A DNA stretch of 63,454 bases, counting the filler, from Hyphochytrium catenoides (taxonomy: Eukaryota; Protista; Hyphochytriomycota), in the NCBI GenBank assembly GCA_900088475.1. It is 8 parts of 8 records of this genome, joined end to end, with 100 filler letters (N's around TTAATTAATTAA, not from the genome) between each part and the next. Parts side by side here need not be neighbours in the genome. Positions count along the whole stretch, not along the records: positions 1 to 11,695 come from FLMG01001937.1; positions 11,796 to 26,104 come from FLMG01000944.1; 6 more parts are not named here. One strand, given 5' to 3'. The position numbers were made by a program, and so were the translations under genes. Shown here piece by piece: positions 1 to 16,588 of the stretch. Position 1 is the first letter of the stretch. Each line of letters begins with the position of its first letter. Under the pieces are notes generated by a model. It saw only the letters and a program-made list of their open reading frames with translations, searched no databases and was not told where the DNA came from.

Positions 1-611
1 AGAAAGAGAGAAAGAGAAAGAAAGAAAAGAGAGAGATCCATACATAGAATAGAATGTTCGTGCTCAAGAGTAGCCAAACCCCAGAAACATAGGAACAAAA
101 GTCGACGGCCATGAGAAGTATCGGCCACTGTCTGTCTAAATAGAGGTATGGATATAGGAGGCTTCTGCATCTTACAAAGTAAAATCCTCTTACCCAATCC
201 AAGGGTTAATCCATTCATAACCTAGTCAGTCGGTGAGAAGCAGGCGGAGCTGACTGAGAATGTACGAGAAGCAGGACAAGCTGATCTGAGAATGTATTAT
301 TATACGATACTGATAGGGACACCATGCGGTGCTCAGTCTCCTTATCAAAATTCGTGAACGGCGATACGAGACTAATTTCACATTGATGAACCTCCATGAA
401 TAGTCTCTTCTTCAATGCCAAGCCTTTCTGCCTTGTGATATCCCCGAAAGTCTGCGCTCACTTGCACTATGTGGGTTGAATGCAGGAATGAGTTAGCTAT
501 GGCGGCGTCAGATGAGCGTACGTAGAATCAAAAAGTAGGGATGATGTTTCACATATGAAAGTACGAAAACATGGCTGAGGATATGAAAGTTTAAAGCGCC
601 AACTACCGAGC

Positions 612-2742
612 CTATGGAGCCCATGCCCGTGTTATTTGCGAATGGGGCTCTCTCTCTCTCTCTTCTTTGTGTCTTTCCCTCCTTCTTGAGATGATACCTT
701 GCCACTGTCTTATCGTCTCGCGTGACCTTAGGTCCGCTTGCCTCGTGGGCTCCGGAATGCGGTGCCGACAGCAGATGCGAACCAAAGCTAGCGATGTCTG
801 CAGGCTTACCCTGTGGCCCACAGAGAGGAAAATAGGCTTCCGTAGGGTTGGGGAAGAGAAAAATGCCAAGCCCCACTCCTAGCGAGTAAAAGGCCGGGTT
901 AAGAACAATTATGCAAATACCGTTGTAGCACGAGACAGAGTACCTCAACCCGATAGCCATAAAGGCGGCCAGTGTCCAAAGAGATAGAGAGTGAACAAGG
1001 GAAGACTTCAACGAAGCGGAGAGAGGAGTATCACAATGGACACAATAGAAGCTTAGAACAGGACACCATAAGGGAGGAAGGAGGAGAGGAACAATAGTAC
1101 ACCTTTCCGGAGGCACCGACGATTGGAAATGTGTCAGACTGCGAACCTGAGCTGCGTGCCATCTCGTCCGCTCTATGGCGTAGAAGGCCCTTGATATGGT
1201 CGGTTTCTATACCATCAACATGGAAAAAGGTCTTCGCAACCCCTGCAGATCATAATAAAGAAGCGCACGCTCTGTTGGATTAAAAAAAGTCCGACGGAAA
1301 AGAAGATCGGTCATGATAGCAGGAGAGGAAGAGCGAAGAGGCTGCCAGAAGTGCAATCCCATTGATTGCAACAGAGAAGGAGCGACTGCAACCAGCAAGA
1401 GAAAGAGAGAGATAGAGCTAGAGATTCCCGGTTAGGAATTGTCAAAGGGTGCCCAAAGTACCTTATAAAGACGCTTAGAGAGGGCAGGAGAGACTACTAG
1501 GCGTCAGAAGACAGGACGATGCGCATGTTTAGATGAACGATATAAGCCGGAAGGTGGGACAATCATACCAACAGTGGGAATATCCACGAGGACGCCTAAG
1601 TGGGAGGCCAACCCAAAGCCTCGAGCGTGGAGAATGCCATTTCCATCTACCAGGATCACTTGTGGGACTAAAGCTATGCCGAAGAGAGCAGAGGAGGTGA
1701 GGGGAGACAGCGGTAGCATTCGGAGCTTGAACAAAGTAGTTGGCCGGAAGACGGCCGACAGCCATTTGGTCCTGGACCGAAGAATGCCACAAGAGGACTG
1801 ATAGAAACAGGAGAGTAGTTGGCCGGGACGGAGAAAGAAACAAGAGAGAAAAGAGGACTGATAGCAGAGGAGAGGGAAGCGAATGCAGAGACAAAGGAAG
1901 TAACCCCGAAGAGAATCAGACTTAAAGGGCTGAGCTCGCCGGCATGGAGAACACGCACCCGGATCTGAGCTCTTGAGTTCATTGATCAACCTCACCAATG
2001 GTTCCACCTCGCGAAAGGCTAAAAATCCTAAGAAAGGTGATAGGAATGAGCAAGGTTCAAGTCTCTTACGCTATGAAGAACCATTGTTCGCTGTAGCCAA
2101 GCTGTGCGTGTATAGACATCTGCAAGTGGCACTCGCAAGATAGAGAAGGGACACTCAAGGAGGTCGGGCCCTGACAGAAGGCGACGTGCCTTTGCACACG
2201 CCGGCTTTCTCAGGGATAAGGGAGGTGAGTTCATAGAGCGGTTCTTCACGGCACGGGATAAGGTGAGAGGGAGGTTGACGGAACGCCAGTGGTGTCACCT
2301 GGAATGTATGGCAGACGAAGCTCGAAGTGCGTCTGTGCCTCGTAGAGGACTTGAAGGGAGGGGAAGGATAGGACCACTAAGCAGGCACAAGCGTCGACCT
2401 CGGAGCCTGGCAGGAAGCTAACAGTGGATGACGGAACGGTGGCCAGTCTGAGAGTCAACGTGCCTGTCTAGAATAATGTGACCCTTACGCACCTGATGTC
2501 CACGCCGCCTACGAGTCTGAGAGGAGGTTTGCCCAGGCTATCCGCTCCCTCTGGGCACTGCCAGTCATGATCATCATACTCTTTGAGCCTCACTTTCAGC
2601 TCCTCCTGCGCCGCTGCAAGCAGATGACGATCTGACTGGTGTATGAGAAGCTGACAGGAGATTAGATATTACCTTCCCACGCCGATCTCTGGCCTTCCAA
2701 CGAAGTGACATTTTGTCCGTCTTCCTCCTCTTCTGATGCCAT
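612..2742 (-). CDS. ENDOV: Endonuclease V (inosine-specific nuclease), 7 exons: 2673-2742, 2493-2613, 2299-2417, 1959-2027, 1569-1673, 1103-1242, 612-878
   Basis: Phase-consistent GT-AG splicing gives [99 protein letters not shown], the canonical EndoV motifs. The exact C-terminal tail is less certain. Confidence 0.93.
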
Positions 2743-3688
2743 GATCTTTTCCTACGCACAGCTTGCCGTTGTGGGCTCGGCGTTAACGACCTCTCATCGT
2801 ACCGAGCTAACAATAGTGAAGCTTGAGCTTACGGCCCACACCACGCTCAGAGCTAATGAGAGCTAGAATGAGGCCATGGAGACAGCGAAATTGTCGCAGA
2901 CTCTCCACGGCATTCTCTCTCTCTCTCTCTCTCTTTCCCCCTCTGTCTGTCTGTCTCTCTCTCTCTCTCTGTCTCTCTCTCTCTCCTCTCACTTTGTCTC
3001 TCTTTCTTCTTCTTGCAGCTGGTGCCTCGTCTCTCTTTAATTGGTGTGGTGAAGCTCAAGAAAGATTTTATAGAAAAAGACAGGGCTTCCTCATGAGGAG
3101 AGAGAGACAAGAAAACTGCTGCTCGCTTCAATCATCAGAACGTTCAGGCAACTGACTCCGAGGGGTTTCCTGAACGATACCGATAATCGTAGAGGGAGGC
3201 ATTACGATTATCGTAGTAGAGAATCAATTTCAGTCTCTGGTATGAGATCCATCACCACATCATCGCCGTAAAAGAGCTACTACTATGTGGCGAGAGAGGA
3301 TATTTAGGTATTATGACAATCTGTGTTTGTATTACTACTGGTTGGGCCGTTTCTATGGTGAGTTTGGGATGTTGATGGCTAAGAAAGGAACAGGAAAGGG
3401 CAAGTTGATGCTTGTCATTCCCCTCTCCTTTGAGAGAGAGCCAGAGAGAGAGACAGAGAGACTTGACGAGAGAGACAGAGGAAAGAGATAGATTGAGAGA
3501 GAGCTGTATATAGGGGAATGAAACAGACAGAAGAAGCCAAACACAGCCAGACCATATCGTGAGAGAATGACATAGACAGAGTAATGGAGAACAAAGAGAC
3601 AGAGAAAAACATGGGATACACGGACAGATCAAGCGGAAATCGAAACAGAGAGAGAGAGACAGAGAGAGTCAGTGAGAGAAAGTAAGAA

Positions 3689-3756
<68 letters not shown>

Positions 3757-3980
3757 AGAGGGAGAGAAAGAATCAGAAAGGACTGAATCGCATTGTACTG
3801 AAATGTGTAGCTACAGTTTCCGTCCCTTTCTCTCTCTCCCAGTGGACTCATTGGTATCGAAGAGACAAGTGAAGAGCTGATCTCTTCCTTCTACCGCGTG
3901 CTTCTTTTCTCCTCACATCTGAAGCTTCCCATCTAATCTGCGAGTCTTCATTAGCTTCATCTACGAGCTCCATCTCCACG

Positions 3981-6292
<2,312 letters not shown>

Positions 6293-8145
6293 AGAGGTTA
6301 TAGGTCCAGTCATTTATTTTGTTCCTTAATATAATCTCCCGTCGTGTTTGTCATGAGACATTTCGTGCTGGAGACAAATCTAGCTTGAAAATAGCGAGCA
6401 GTGAACCGGCATAGCAGGGCAATAGTTATAAAAATAAGATACCTGATACTGTGTGGGCCCGACAGAGGCGCAGCCCGCTGCTGCTGACTGCCTAATGATC
6501 AAGGAAAAGCTTCAGTCCAACATGTCACTTCCCCGTGCTCTAATTCATCGTCGTTGGCATCATCAGATTGGTCGTACCAGGGCATTCTGCATAATGTGCA
6601 ACAGCACTCCGGCAGCACCACGACGTCAGGTACGCGTGTGAGGCACGACAGATAAAATAACTTCCCAGACCACAGCGGTATGCTCCTTGGCAAATCATCA
6701 CTCTGACCTGGCACCTTCACTCACAGCGTAGAAAGCAACCCATAGATGCAAGGAAGCGCTTACCCCAGCTCATGTGCTCCACTCACAATGCTGCAGTGTC
6801 CCCATCAGGCGGACGCCAGAGAACCAGAGACCGAGTGCAGCGCGCGGCTGTTGATTGGACAGCAGATGACAGGCTGCACGCACGAGATAGAGGGGAGATG
6901 GAATGGCGGCGAAGGCGAGGGAGACAGAGCGGCAGTCAGCCGATGGACGCACACGACGCGCAGGCAGCGGCGGAGAGACGTTTGGGGCGCGGCTGTTGGC
7001 TGCTTTTTGATAGCTTTACCATGAGGTTTTCTATCGTTGGAATATAGTAAGAATCCCGAATACATGCATCTTAGAAAGGTGCGGTTTAGATTCTGACTAG
7101 GGTTATTCTGGATGTGTACCAGGATTTGGAAAAGAATTGGGTATCTGTAAAATAAGATTTTGATGACATTTTTCTGAGGTCTTTGTTCCTCGAGAACATT
7201 CTATGGTTGAGTATACAGGTACCCACCCATCCTTATCTTAACAGCAATTTCTTTTTGACAAGGAATTGGATCTTAAAGAGCGGGTGGGCAGGGGTAAGAC
7301 ACTCTATGACACTCTATGGACATGTAGAGGTACCGGGGCAAGTAAGAGATACGATAAAACCATTCAGCCCTGTGACTCTCGGGAGACAGATTCCTGACTG
7401 TGAAGACAGAGCTCGAGCAGCATCTTATTCAGCATTATTCTACGCAAAAAGAATCAATTCTCATTATCATCTAACATGTTAAAGACTCTTTATTTGTTTT
7501 TGCTAAACGAATGAACCCCTCTCACACTTTATCATATAATAACCAACAGCTTTAGTAGAGGAATTCTATTTAGACAGACTGGCACAGTAGATTCAAAAAC
7601 AGACAAACACATTTCCCCTTGCGCCAAATAAAAAAGAGGAATAAAGTGAGGTTCAAAGTGGTGCACGCAAAAAGATCTCCCGCCTCATCTCTCTTCCTCT
7701 CTCCCACCGTCTCCCAGCTGTTGCTATATCCTTTTATAAGTAGTAAGGCGCGCCGCTCAGCAGTTGTGCTGCCCCTCGTCCCAAGAAAGGTTGTCGATCT
7801 GCCTCCGGTTGCTTCCTGCTTGGACCATAGATCAGTGACGAGAAGCTCCTGCTCTGCCACGCACCATATAGACCGCCACAAATCATTCTTCCAACTCCTT
7901 TTATCGGCGATTCAAACGAAGGTAAATAATACTGAGCTGCTGGTTCTCTTTATCTACAGCTGCCCTGGTGCTTGCCCCTGCGTTTGGACACCTTACGATC
8001 CTTACTGATCAGTGGGATTCCTGAGCTCTTGCAGCACAACCAGCCACACTTCTTAAAGGGCTACGCAGGACCCCTATCTGTGGAAACTAGTCGCCTCCTT
8101 GGTGTAGTTTTACTGCGTGCCAGATAGTTAGCAGCAGACCAAAAA

Positions 8146-8835
8146 ATGCCTTCAGAAGCACATCTCCCACACTCTTCTGCCGCTCTAGAGCCAGTATCGA
8201 AGCTCAAGCAAGTCCAAGGCCAGCAGCCCCAGTCAGAGTCCACTCCTCCTACATTCACCAACATGATTCGCGGAGGAGATACGCCACTCTGGTCCTTGCA
8301 CAAGCACGTGGAACTCAGAAAGTCTCCGTTAGGCGGCTATGGGCTCTTCACAACCGCCAAGATATGTGCTGGAGAGGTTGTCTGGGCGGATGACCTAGAA
8401 CGGACGATGGACGACTCAGTGCCCATTAGCGAAGTTGAGACTTGGCCCACAGAGAGGCGTCAAGACTTCTTGCATTACGCCTACCAGGTGTCTCCCACTC
8501 ACATGGAGGGATGTGACGATAAGACGCGGGCAATGAACGATGCCGCGCGCTTCCACAATCACAGCTGTGACCCCAACACCTGGTTTGTAGGCGATACCAC
8601 CATGACAGCAGTTAGAGACATAGAGGCCGGCGAGGAGATCACGTATGACTACGCCACCAGTGAGACATACTTTGAGAAGTTTGACAAGTGTCTTTGTGGC
8701 ACGAAGCTCTGCAGAGGGAAGGTGAGGAAGGATGACTGGAGGGACCCTGAGCTACGAAGGCGATACGGACGCCATTGGATGCAGTATATTCTAGACATGA
8801 TGGACGCAGAAGAGAACGCGAGTGTAGGGGCTTAG
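8146..8835 (+). CDS. Small SET-domain + post-SET protein (putative lysine methyltransferase), intronless
   Basis: Motifs GYGLFT, RFHNHSCDPN, RDIEAGEEITYDY and post-SET CLCGTKLCRG. Confidence 0.9.
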   Translation: MPSEAHLPHSSAALEPVSKLKQVQGQQPQSESTPPTFTNMIRGGDTPLWSLHKHVELRKSPLGGYGLFTTAKICAGEVVWADDLERTMDDSVPISEVETWPTERRQDFLHYAYQVSPTHMEGCDDKTRAMNDAARFHNHSCDPNTWFVGDTTMTAVRDIEAGEEITYDYATSETYFEKFDKCLCGTKLCRGKVRKDDWRDPELRRRYGRHWMQYILDMMDAEENASVGA

Positions 8836-11695
8836 TTGTTAGCTACATTCGTACAGCAGGACATACTGCGGCCCAGCTTCCATCGATGGGTCGCGAGAGG
8901 CGGCGCCTCTTATGGCATAGTGCGCCCTTGTAGCTGAGCAACCTAGTGTCCTCTTTTTAGCTAGTGGGTTAGACTTCTGATGCTACTTCTAGACATTGGG
9001 TGTCTACTAGCGGCCCGGTGTTAATATTATTGGCTAAGGTGTGATAATAAGGATTGCCACGCCTGTCTTACGACCCTGATAAAGGTTGTCCATCCTTTTT
9101 CAGCTGGACGTACTCCTATTATGGCAACCCTGAACGAACTGAAGGTATATCATTGGTAGCTCTATTAGATAAGTGCTGTCCACTACCGTCTCGGACGATT
9201 GGTCTGTAGATGGAGTGCATTTACATGCACAGAAGGGTCTGCCACCTTCCTCTCCGAATGCTGCCGCTGGGGTCAGTGTCGACCTCTTTCCAGCCTTGAG
9301 CAAGGCAATGCCAACAGATGCCCAGAAGGTGATCTGTCTCTTGTGACTTGGGAGATCTTTGTGGTCACTACCTTCTCCTCTCTGGTTCACTTCTTCCACA
9401 GTCAGGAAACTATATATACAGAGGCAACGATGTAAGTCTTTGAAATTCAATGAATAATTCTCCTTGAGTGACATTATAGACCATGCGATTTGATGCTTAG
9501 TAGAGTCTAATACTTCTTTGGTTCTGAGTCTAAGGAAAGCAAGGACCTTGTCCCTGTAAAATAAGACTCAGGTAGCTGCGGTGGCGACCTCATGGCTCTG
9601 TCTACCACGGATGACACAGGTGCGGAGTAAACGATAGAGAGAGAAACACTAATCAGCAGCGTCAACAGACAAGAGGACGGAGAGGAAGAAAAATAGCTGC
9701 GTGTAGCTGCACAGTCACGGAGGGAGAAAGGGCAGAAGAGGTCCTGATCCTGACTGGCTCCACAAGCTCTCCGCACGGCCTTCATGACGTGGCACTGGCC
9801 TGCCCTCTCCAGCTTGTACACGCCAGGTTCCTTTATTTTAGCAGAAAGCGATAGAACGAGATGTGTGAGTATGATTGGATGTGTGACCAGTGACCTAACC
9901 AGTGAGGAAACGGCACAGAGAAGAAGCTGCACGGCGACTCTTCCTGCTCTATCTCGTGCTATTATAAAAGACTACTCGTACTTTGAGAGAGAGGCATTTG
10001 CCGTTTTTTCAGTTGTGCTGTCGTGCTGTCCCGCTTTGGCTAACCCGCTCCCTACATCTGCTTCAGTGGGTAACCATGGGTCTCCCTCCCTTCCTCTCTC
10101 TTCTTCTAGAACTACTACCTGTACTGTTGTAGCTCTTTCTCTCTCTCTCTGCCCCTCTTCTCTCTTTCTCTCTCTCTCTCTCGCTCTTTCTCACCCCCCC
10201 TCTCTCTCTCTCTCTCTCTTTCTCCCTCTCTCTCTCCCACTCTCTGTCTGTCTGTCTGTCTTTCTCTCCCCCTGTCTCTCTCCCTCTTTCTCTCTCTCTC
10301 TCTCACTCTCTCTCTCTGTCTGTCTGTCTTTCTCTCCCCCTGTCTCTCTCCCTCTCTCTCCTTTTGTTTTTCTCTTCCTTTGTCTGTTCTACCAATAGCA
10401 ACCCACCCACCAGTTGAAATCTCTGTTACTGTAGAACAAAAAGATCACCCACCCATCCTGCCCTGTATCTTTATTGCTTTGGCCACCCACAGCCGCTCAA
10501 TTCATCCAGGGAACACCTCACCAAAGGTGTGTCACCATAAATGCTACAAAGCAAATAGTATTGGACACGCTATTTGGCGGTAGCTTCTGCAGTAATAGAC
10601 AGGGGTTTATTCTTTTCATAACACATTAACAATGGCCAGCACGGTCTAAAGGTAATTTACGAGACTTGACTCTGCAAGCACTGCCTTTGTCTGTCTTTTG
10701 GACAGTGACAGCGACGACTGTTGGATAATCCCAGAGAGGGAAAGGGACAAAAGAAAGGGAAAGAAAGGCAAGGGCAGGTTGAAGAATAAAGAGACACACT
10801 AAAGGTAAGGACTGTTGGCGATAGGACAAAAGATCGCGATCGAGACAGAGCAGCCAAACGTGAAGCTGAAGAACAGGCAAATTGACAGCGAAAAGTATCC
10901 GTTGGTAACCGTCCTGATCCCCGCACCTTACCCTCGGCTACCCGAGGTGCTAGGCAGCTGTCAAATGGATAAGGGTGATTATTTGTTACAGCTAGGAATG
11001 GGGAAAGCTCCTATTAGCATGTGTGGTCGGCGGCCACTGCTGCTCTTTTCTAGGTAGTGAACTGATTTGTTCGGGTGTATCTTTCTTCTTCCACTAGCCG
11101 CTCAGCACACCTTCATCATTGCGATCTAAACCTCATTTTGGTCTTTCTTGGTTTGGATACGCTTCCACAAGCTCCTTCCCAGGATAGTATATTCTGTAGC
11201 ATTCAGGTGTTATTTTGAACTCAAACCCATCCTCTACCTGTGGGGCCTGACAGGGACACTAAGAAATAACTGGGGATTATAAATCAGCGCATAAGAGAAT
11301 TAATGAAACCGTGAGTTCGCTTGTTCCAACGGCCTCTTATGTTCACAGAATTGTTTGGCTTTACTACTTTGAAAGATTTAAAAGGCGGTTTGACTTGGTC
11401 TTTCCACTAGATGAGGCATGGTGAGAGATATTAGGAGGGCTGAAGATATACAGAGAGGCCATTCCAGGCAGTAACAGAGCACCAGTAGCGCTTAAGTAAA
11501 TATAGAGAGAGAGTCGACGAGACGACCGGCTCGTGAGACAGAGTGTCCGATATGATAGACAGAGTGGAGCCCACGCCAGTCGCAAGGCACAGGCTGAACG
11601 ATCAGGCGCAGCCGCAGGTTGAAGCAGAGCAAAAGGAAACTAAGGGAGAGAAGAGAAAGAGAGGAGAGAGAGAGAGAGAGAGAGAGGAGACGGGG

Positions 11696-11795
11696 NNNNN
11701 NNNNNNNNNNNNNNNNNNNNNNNNNNNNNNNNNNNNNNNTTAATTAATTAANNNNNNNNNNNNNNNNNNNNNNNNNNNNNNNNNNNNNNNNNNNN
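11696..11795. other. Artificial contig-joining spacer (44N + TTAATTAATTAA + 44N)
   Basis: Exactly 100 bp with a 12-mer giving stops in all six frames. The identical structure recurs 7 times in the window. Confidence 0.97.
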
Positions 11796-13452
11796 GAGAG
11801 AGAGAGAGAGAGAAGAGCTGTTGCGCACCAACTTGTACTCCATGTCTCCTTCTTTCTGTGAAAGTCTTGTGTACTACCTGGTAGAGAAAGGCTGAGCAAT
11901 GAAGAGAGAGAATACGTTTGTAGAGAGAAGAGAGAAGGAGAGAGAACAGAGGAGTTCCAGAAAGTGCGCTGAAAAGATAAGAGGAAGGCAGACAAAAGAG
12001 AGAGAGAAGAGACGAGCGCGATCGAAGTCGGTTACCTTCCGCCTGGAATCTCCCAATTAAACGGTAACTCTTGAGGAATAGAGCCGCAGCCGCTTTCTGC
12101 GCAAGCTTCTCTCTCTCTCTTCGTACACACTTTCTCTCTTTTTCTCTCTCTTCTCTCCTCGCTGGTGCCCTACGTGGAAGAAGAAAAGCTTCGAGCTCTG
12201 CTAAGCTCGCTGATAGCAGCGACAATGATTGGAAAACCCGATGATGGAAGCTTCAGGTCCGCACCCTTCTTCCCCCGGCAAATTTCCTCACCTGATCTCT
12301 TGGTGTCTCTCTGCCTCTCTTTCTTTCTCTCGTCTTTCCCTCTCTTTTCCTCAAGATGCCTTTGTTGTCCGATCCTCTTGTCTCTCTCTCTCTCTCTCTT
12401 TTTCTGTGTCTCCCTCTCTTCTATCTCTTGCTGCTCTTCCGCTGATGCGATCGAGAGGAAGAAATTTATGAGTTGGACAAGCAGAGCCAAAGAAATGACG
12501 ACACGAAGCAGAGCCTAAGGACAGAGAAAGAGAGAGAAAAGAGAAAGAGAGAGAAAGACAGAGAGAGAGGAAGAGAGAGAAAAAAAGAGAGAGAAAGAGA
12601 GAGAGAAAGAAAGAGAGAAAGAAAGAGAGAGAGAGAGAGAAAGAAAAAAAAAGTAAAGCACCAAGCAACACGAAATGACGGCCCGACACCACGAACACGA
12701 GCCAGAGCCAGAATAAATCCTACAAGTAGGATAGTTGAGAGAGAGAGAGAGAGAAGAATACAAATCCAAAAAATAGTCCGACAGAGGTCTTTTCACTCTT
12801 CAAAAATTATCCGAAAATAGCTGAACATACTCCCCCATTTGGCTCCTCCCTTCTCTTCTGTTGTTACCAGCACAAAGGATTCCGCCAAATAATTTATCAC
12901 CTCCAAACAGAAGGCTTCTTATTCTCTGAAAACTTCCCGAAACATGACCAGTCCGAAAGAAGAAAAAAGACTTTTCAATATGTAAGATTGAGTGATGCAA
13001 AATATGGTTTAGAGTTTTGTTCCGTGAACTCCCAAAACTCCCATTCAATACGAAATCATAAGTTTCAATGAAAGCTTCAGCTGTCCAGGGGGAGGTCTGA
13101 CGCTTCCATGAAATGCGAATCAATCCCATCAGAAGTTGTCCAAAACAGAGAGACAGAGACAGAGACAGAGAGTGAGACAGAGAGAGACACAGAAAGAGAG
13201 AGACAGAGAGAGACACAGAGAGAGACAGAGCGAGAGAAGAGAGAGAGGGGAGAGAGTAGGAAACAGAGAGAGAGTAAAGCTAGATAGAAAAAGAGAGAGA
13301 GAGAAGAAAGAAAGAGAGACAAAAGAGAAGGACAGTTCTGGAGGGGGGATGCGGGACACGAAGAGGCAGCGTGAGAGAGAGAGAACCAAGAGAGAGAGAG
13401 AAGAGAAGTGGCAGCGACTTCTTGGGAGAGAGAGGAGAGAGAAAGAAAAGAG

Positions 13453-13496
<44 letters not shown>

Positions 13497-13987
13497 ATGA
13501 GACAGAGCAGCGAGGTAGGGTGCCAAAGAACGGAAAAGAGACAGAGAAAAAAAGAGGAGAGGAGAGGCTGACCACTGAAGTGACAACTGCCAATGGGAAG
13601 AGACAGCTGAAGAGACTCAAAGGAAAAAGAAGCTTCAACTTCATCTAATGAAAAGAAGAAACCGAAATATCTGGGGAAGAGAGACTCATCTCTCTCTCTC
13701 TCTTGTCCTCTCTCGCCCAAACAAGAATAAGGGAAAGACTTCACAAGATAAAGACAGAGACGGTGACAAGCAAAAAGAAGAAGTGAAGAGACAGAGCGGG
13801 CGGAAGGCGATAGAGAATAAGTTCGCCCTAGAAGAGAGGAGAAGAGAGAGAAAAGAGACGAGGATGAGAGGGAGAAAAGAGAAAGAAAAAGAGTCAAAGC
13901 GGACAGCGCATGAGAGAAAGCAAAAAGAGAAAAACCGGAGACGGAAGAGAGCGAGTGTGTTGGAAGAGAGTTAAGAACGACACTCAG

Positions 13988-14024
<37 letters not shown>

Positions 14025-14061
14025 GCAACGTTGCGGGCAAGTAGTACAGCTTCTCTCTTCA

Positions 14062-14343
14062 TTATGAGGAGTAAAAGACTGATAAGAGTGACTGGACGTA
14101 GTCAATAAATGAATCTTCTAAGCTTGACTCTTTCTCTCTCTCTCTCAACTTTCTCTCTCCGGGAAGTTTCACCACTGCAGTGAGTCCTTTGGTCCGCAAG
14201 TCCAGCCGGAGCTCCATCAGCAACCACTGACTATACTTGGCCTTGACAGGCCGTGTAGAGAGAGAGGGGGGGAGAGAGAGANNNNNNNNNNNNNNNNNNN
14301 NNNNNNNNNNNNNNNNNNNNNNNNNNNNNNNNNNNNNNNNNNN

Positions 14344-14377
<34 letters not shown>

Positions 14378-14536
14378 AGGAAGGAGGAAGAAGTGCGTCA
14401 GAGGTTTACGGGGCGACCTGAAAGACAACTCATATTGAGGCCTCCTCCCAAGGCAATGAAAAGAGAGAGGGGAGAGAAAGTAAATGATTGAGTGAAAGAG
14501 AGTCGTGGATGTGCATCAGCGCAGAACGAAACAAGC

Positions 14537-14578
<42 letters not shown>

Positions 14579-15067
14579 TATATGAGAGAGTGGGAGAGAA
14601 CACCAAATAAGGGAAATGAGGAGGAGTAATCAGTCAAAGCTAAATGACAAATGCGTCGGAGTAGGGCAGAAAGAAGAAGACAGAGTACTACGGCGAGAGG
14701 GAGGGCAGAGAGAGAGAGAAAGAAAAGGACCGAGAGAGAGAGAGAGTGAGAGAGAAAGAGAGAAAGAGAGAATGAGAGAGAGAGAGAGAGAAAGAAAGAA
14801 AGGAAGAAAGAAATAGAGAGAGAGAGAGAGAGAGAGAGAAAGAAAGAAAGGAAGAAAGAAAGAGAGAGAGTTGTGCGGAGAGAGGAGAGAATGGAAAGGA
14901 AACTACCTCCAGGGCATAACAGAAATACTTTATCCGCTGTTCCAAGAGGCCGCTTGCGAGGATCATGATCTCTCCTTCCTTCAACTGGAGCTCAAAGTCC
15001 GCCTCACTTTTCAGCAGAGGGAGAGAGAGAGACAAGGTTCGGCTAGATAGAGCAGGACCGGAAGGGA

Positions 15068-15101
<34 letters not shown>

Positions 15102-16353
15102 TGAGAGAGACAGAGAAGGAAGATTGGGGTTGGGTTGGAGAGGAAGGGAGAGAGTGTAGTAGTGAAAGAGGGCCATGAGAGGCCCAAGAGGTGGCGGTGC
15201 AGAAGTTGCATATCAGGACAAAACAGAAGAGAGAAGCGAGTCAGAAGGCAGGAGAGACGCGTGTTTCTCTCTCGGTCTTTGTTGTCACTCTCTCTCTTTC
15301 GTTTGGTTTACTCTCTCGCGACTCCCGACTATGTCTAGCCTCCTGCCCCGCCTGTGTGTGCGTGATCCCTCTGTCTCTCTTTGTCTCTCTCTCTGTCTCG
15401 CTCTCTCTCTTTCCCCATCTCTCTCTCTCTCCTTTCTCTCTCACATAAACTCTCACACTCTCTCAACAATTGGCCTCACTTACAACGCTGCAGTGCCGAC
15501 CCAAAGTCTTTCGAAGTCAGCAGGAGCTAAATGAGGAGAAGGTGACAGCTGCAATTGATCTATAACGAGGAACAGAGAGAGACAAAGAGAAAGAATGTGT
15601 GAGAGAGAGCGAGAGAAAGAGAGAGAGAGCGACTAAGAACGCTCCGGTGGGAGAAACACCATAGTGATGGCTTCGAAAAAGACTCATAACCAAAAAGACC
15701 AAGAAGGACCCAATAAAGTAGAGTTTGGCAAGCAACGAGAAGGGAGGTGGGAAAGAGAGAGAGAGAGAGAAAAAGAGAGAGAGTAAAAGTAAAAGAGAGA
15801 GAGAGAAGGAAAGAGAGAGAGAGAAAGAGAGACACACAGAGAGAGAAAGAAAGACACAGCGAGAGAGAAGGATAAAGAGAGAGAAAGAGAGAGACGTAGA
15901 TATATTTAGAGAGAGGGAATAGGTGAGACTGGATTAGATAGAAACAAGAGAGAGACATTGCATACCCATAGGAGAAGACTGCGTTCTCTCCTTGGTCTCA
16001 CTGAGCAGCGTAACACCGCTAAGGAGGTCAACAAGTGTAGAATCTTCTCCTCTCTCTTGTGCTTCTTTCTCTTCCTCACTCGGTCCCACGCTTGTGGAAG
16101 GCGAGATAAATGAAAAGGCTGACTCTGCATAAAGCGGGAGAGAAAGTCAGTTTAACTACTTTCTTGACACGAGAGGGAAGAGAGAAAGAAGCAAGAGAGA
16201 GAGAGAGAAAGAGAATGCATAGGTCATAAGAGAGAAAGCGGAGACTACAAGTAAGGAAAGGAGGTGAGAGAGACTATAGAAAGTGAAAGGGAAATAGGCT
16301 TTAGGGAGAGAGGGCGCCAAAAATAAAGCACTGAGATGTTGTGAAACGGGTTG

Positions 16354-16390
<37 letters not shown>

Positions 16391-16556
16391 GAGAGAGAGA
16401 GAGAGAGAGAGAGAGANNNNNNNNNNNNNNNNNNNNNNNNNNNNNNNNNNNNNNNNNNNNNNNNNCAAGAGCACCTGGCGCTGGACTCGTTACGGCTGCC
16501 ATGAGGTCCGCGTGCATGTCCTGACTGAAGTTTTATGGCGGAGAAGAGAAAAAAAA

Positions 16557-16588
<32 letters not shown>

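Noticed and set aside
9100-11400. Possible exons of an unknown gene (similarly 1-480, 11.8-13.6 kb, 21.5-22 kb, 26.2-28.4 kb, 53.4-55.5 kb, 63.2-63.4 kb)
   Set aside because: I found no recognisable motifs and could not build a phase-consistent model, so they were not reported as features.
14907-15042. EADFELQLKEGEIMIL as an SH3 domain
   Set aside because: The resemblance is superficial. Flanking exons fit a beta-adaptin appendage, and the SH3 WW and GxxPxNY motifs are absent.
14062-16124. Canonical AP-4 beta subunit gene
   Set aside because: No adaptin N-terminal trunk is present upstream. The in-phase upstream exons encode the helical and FHA domains instead.
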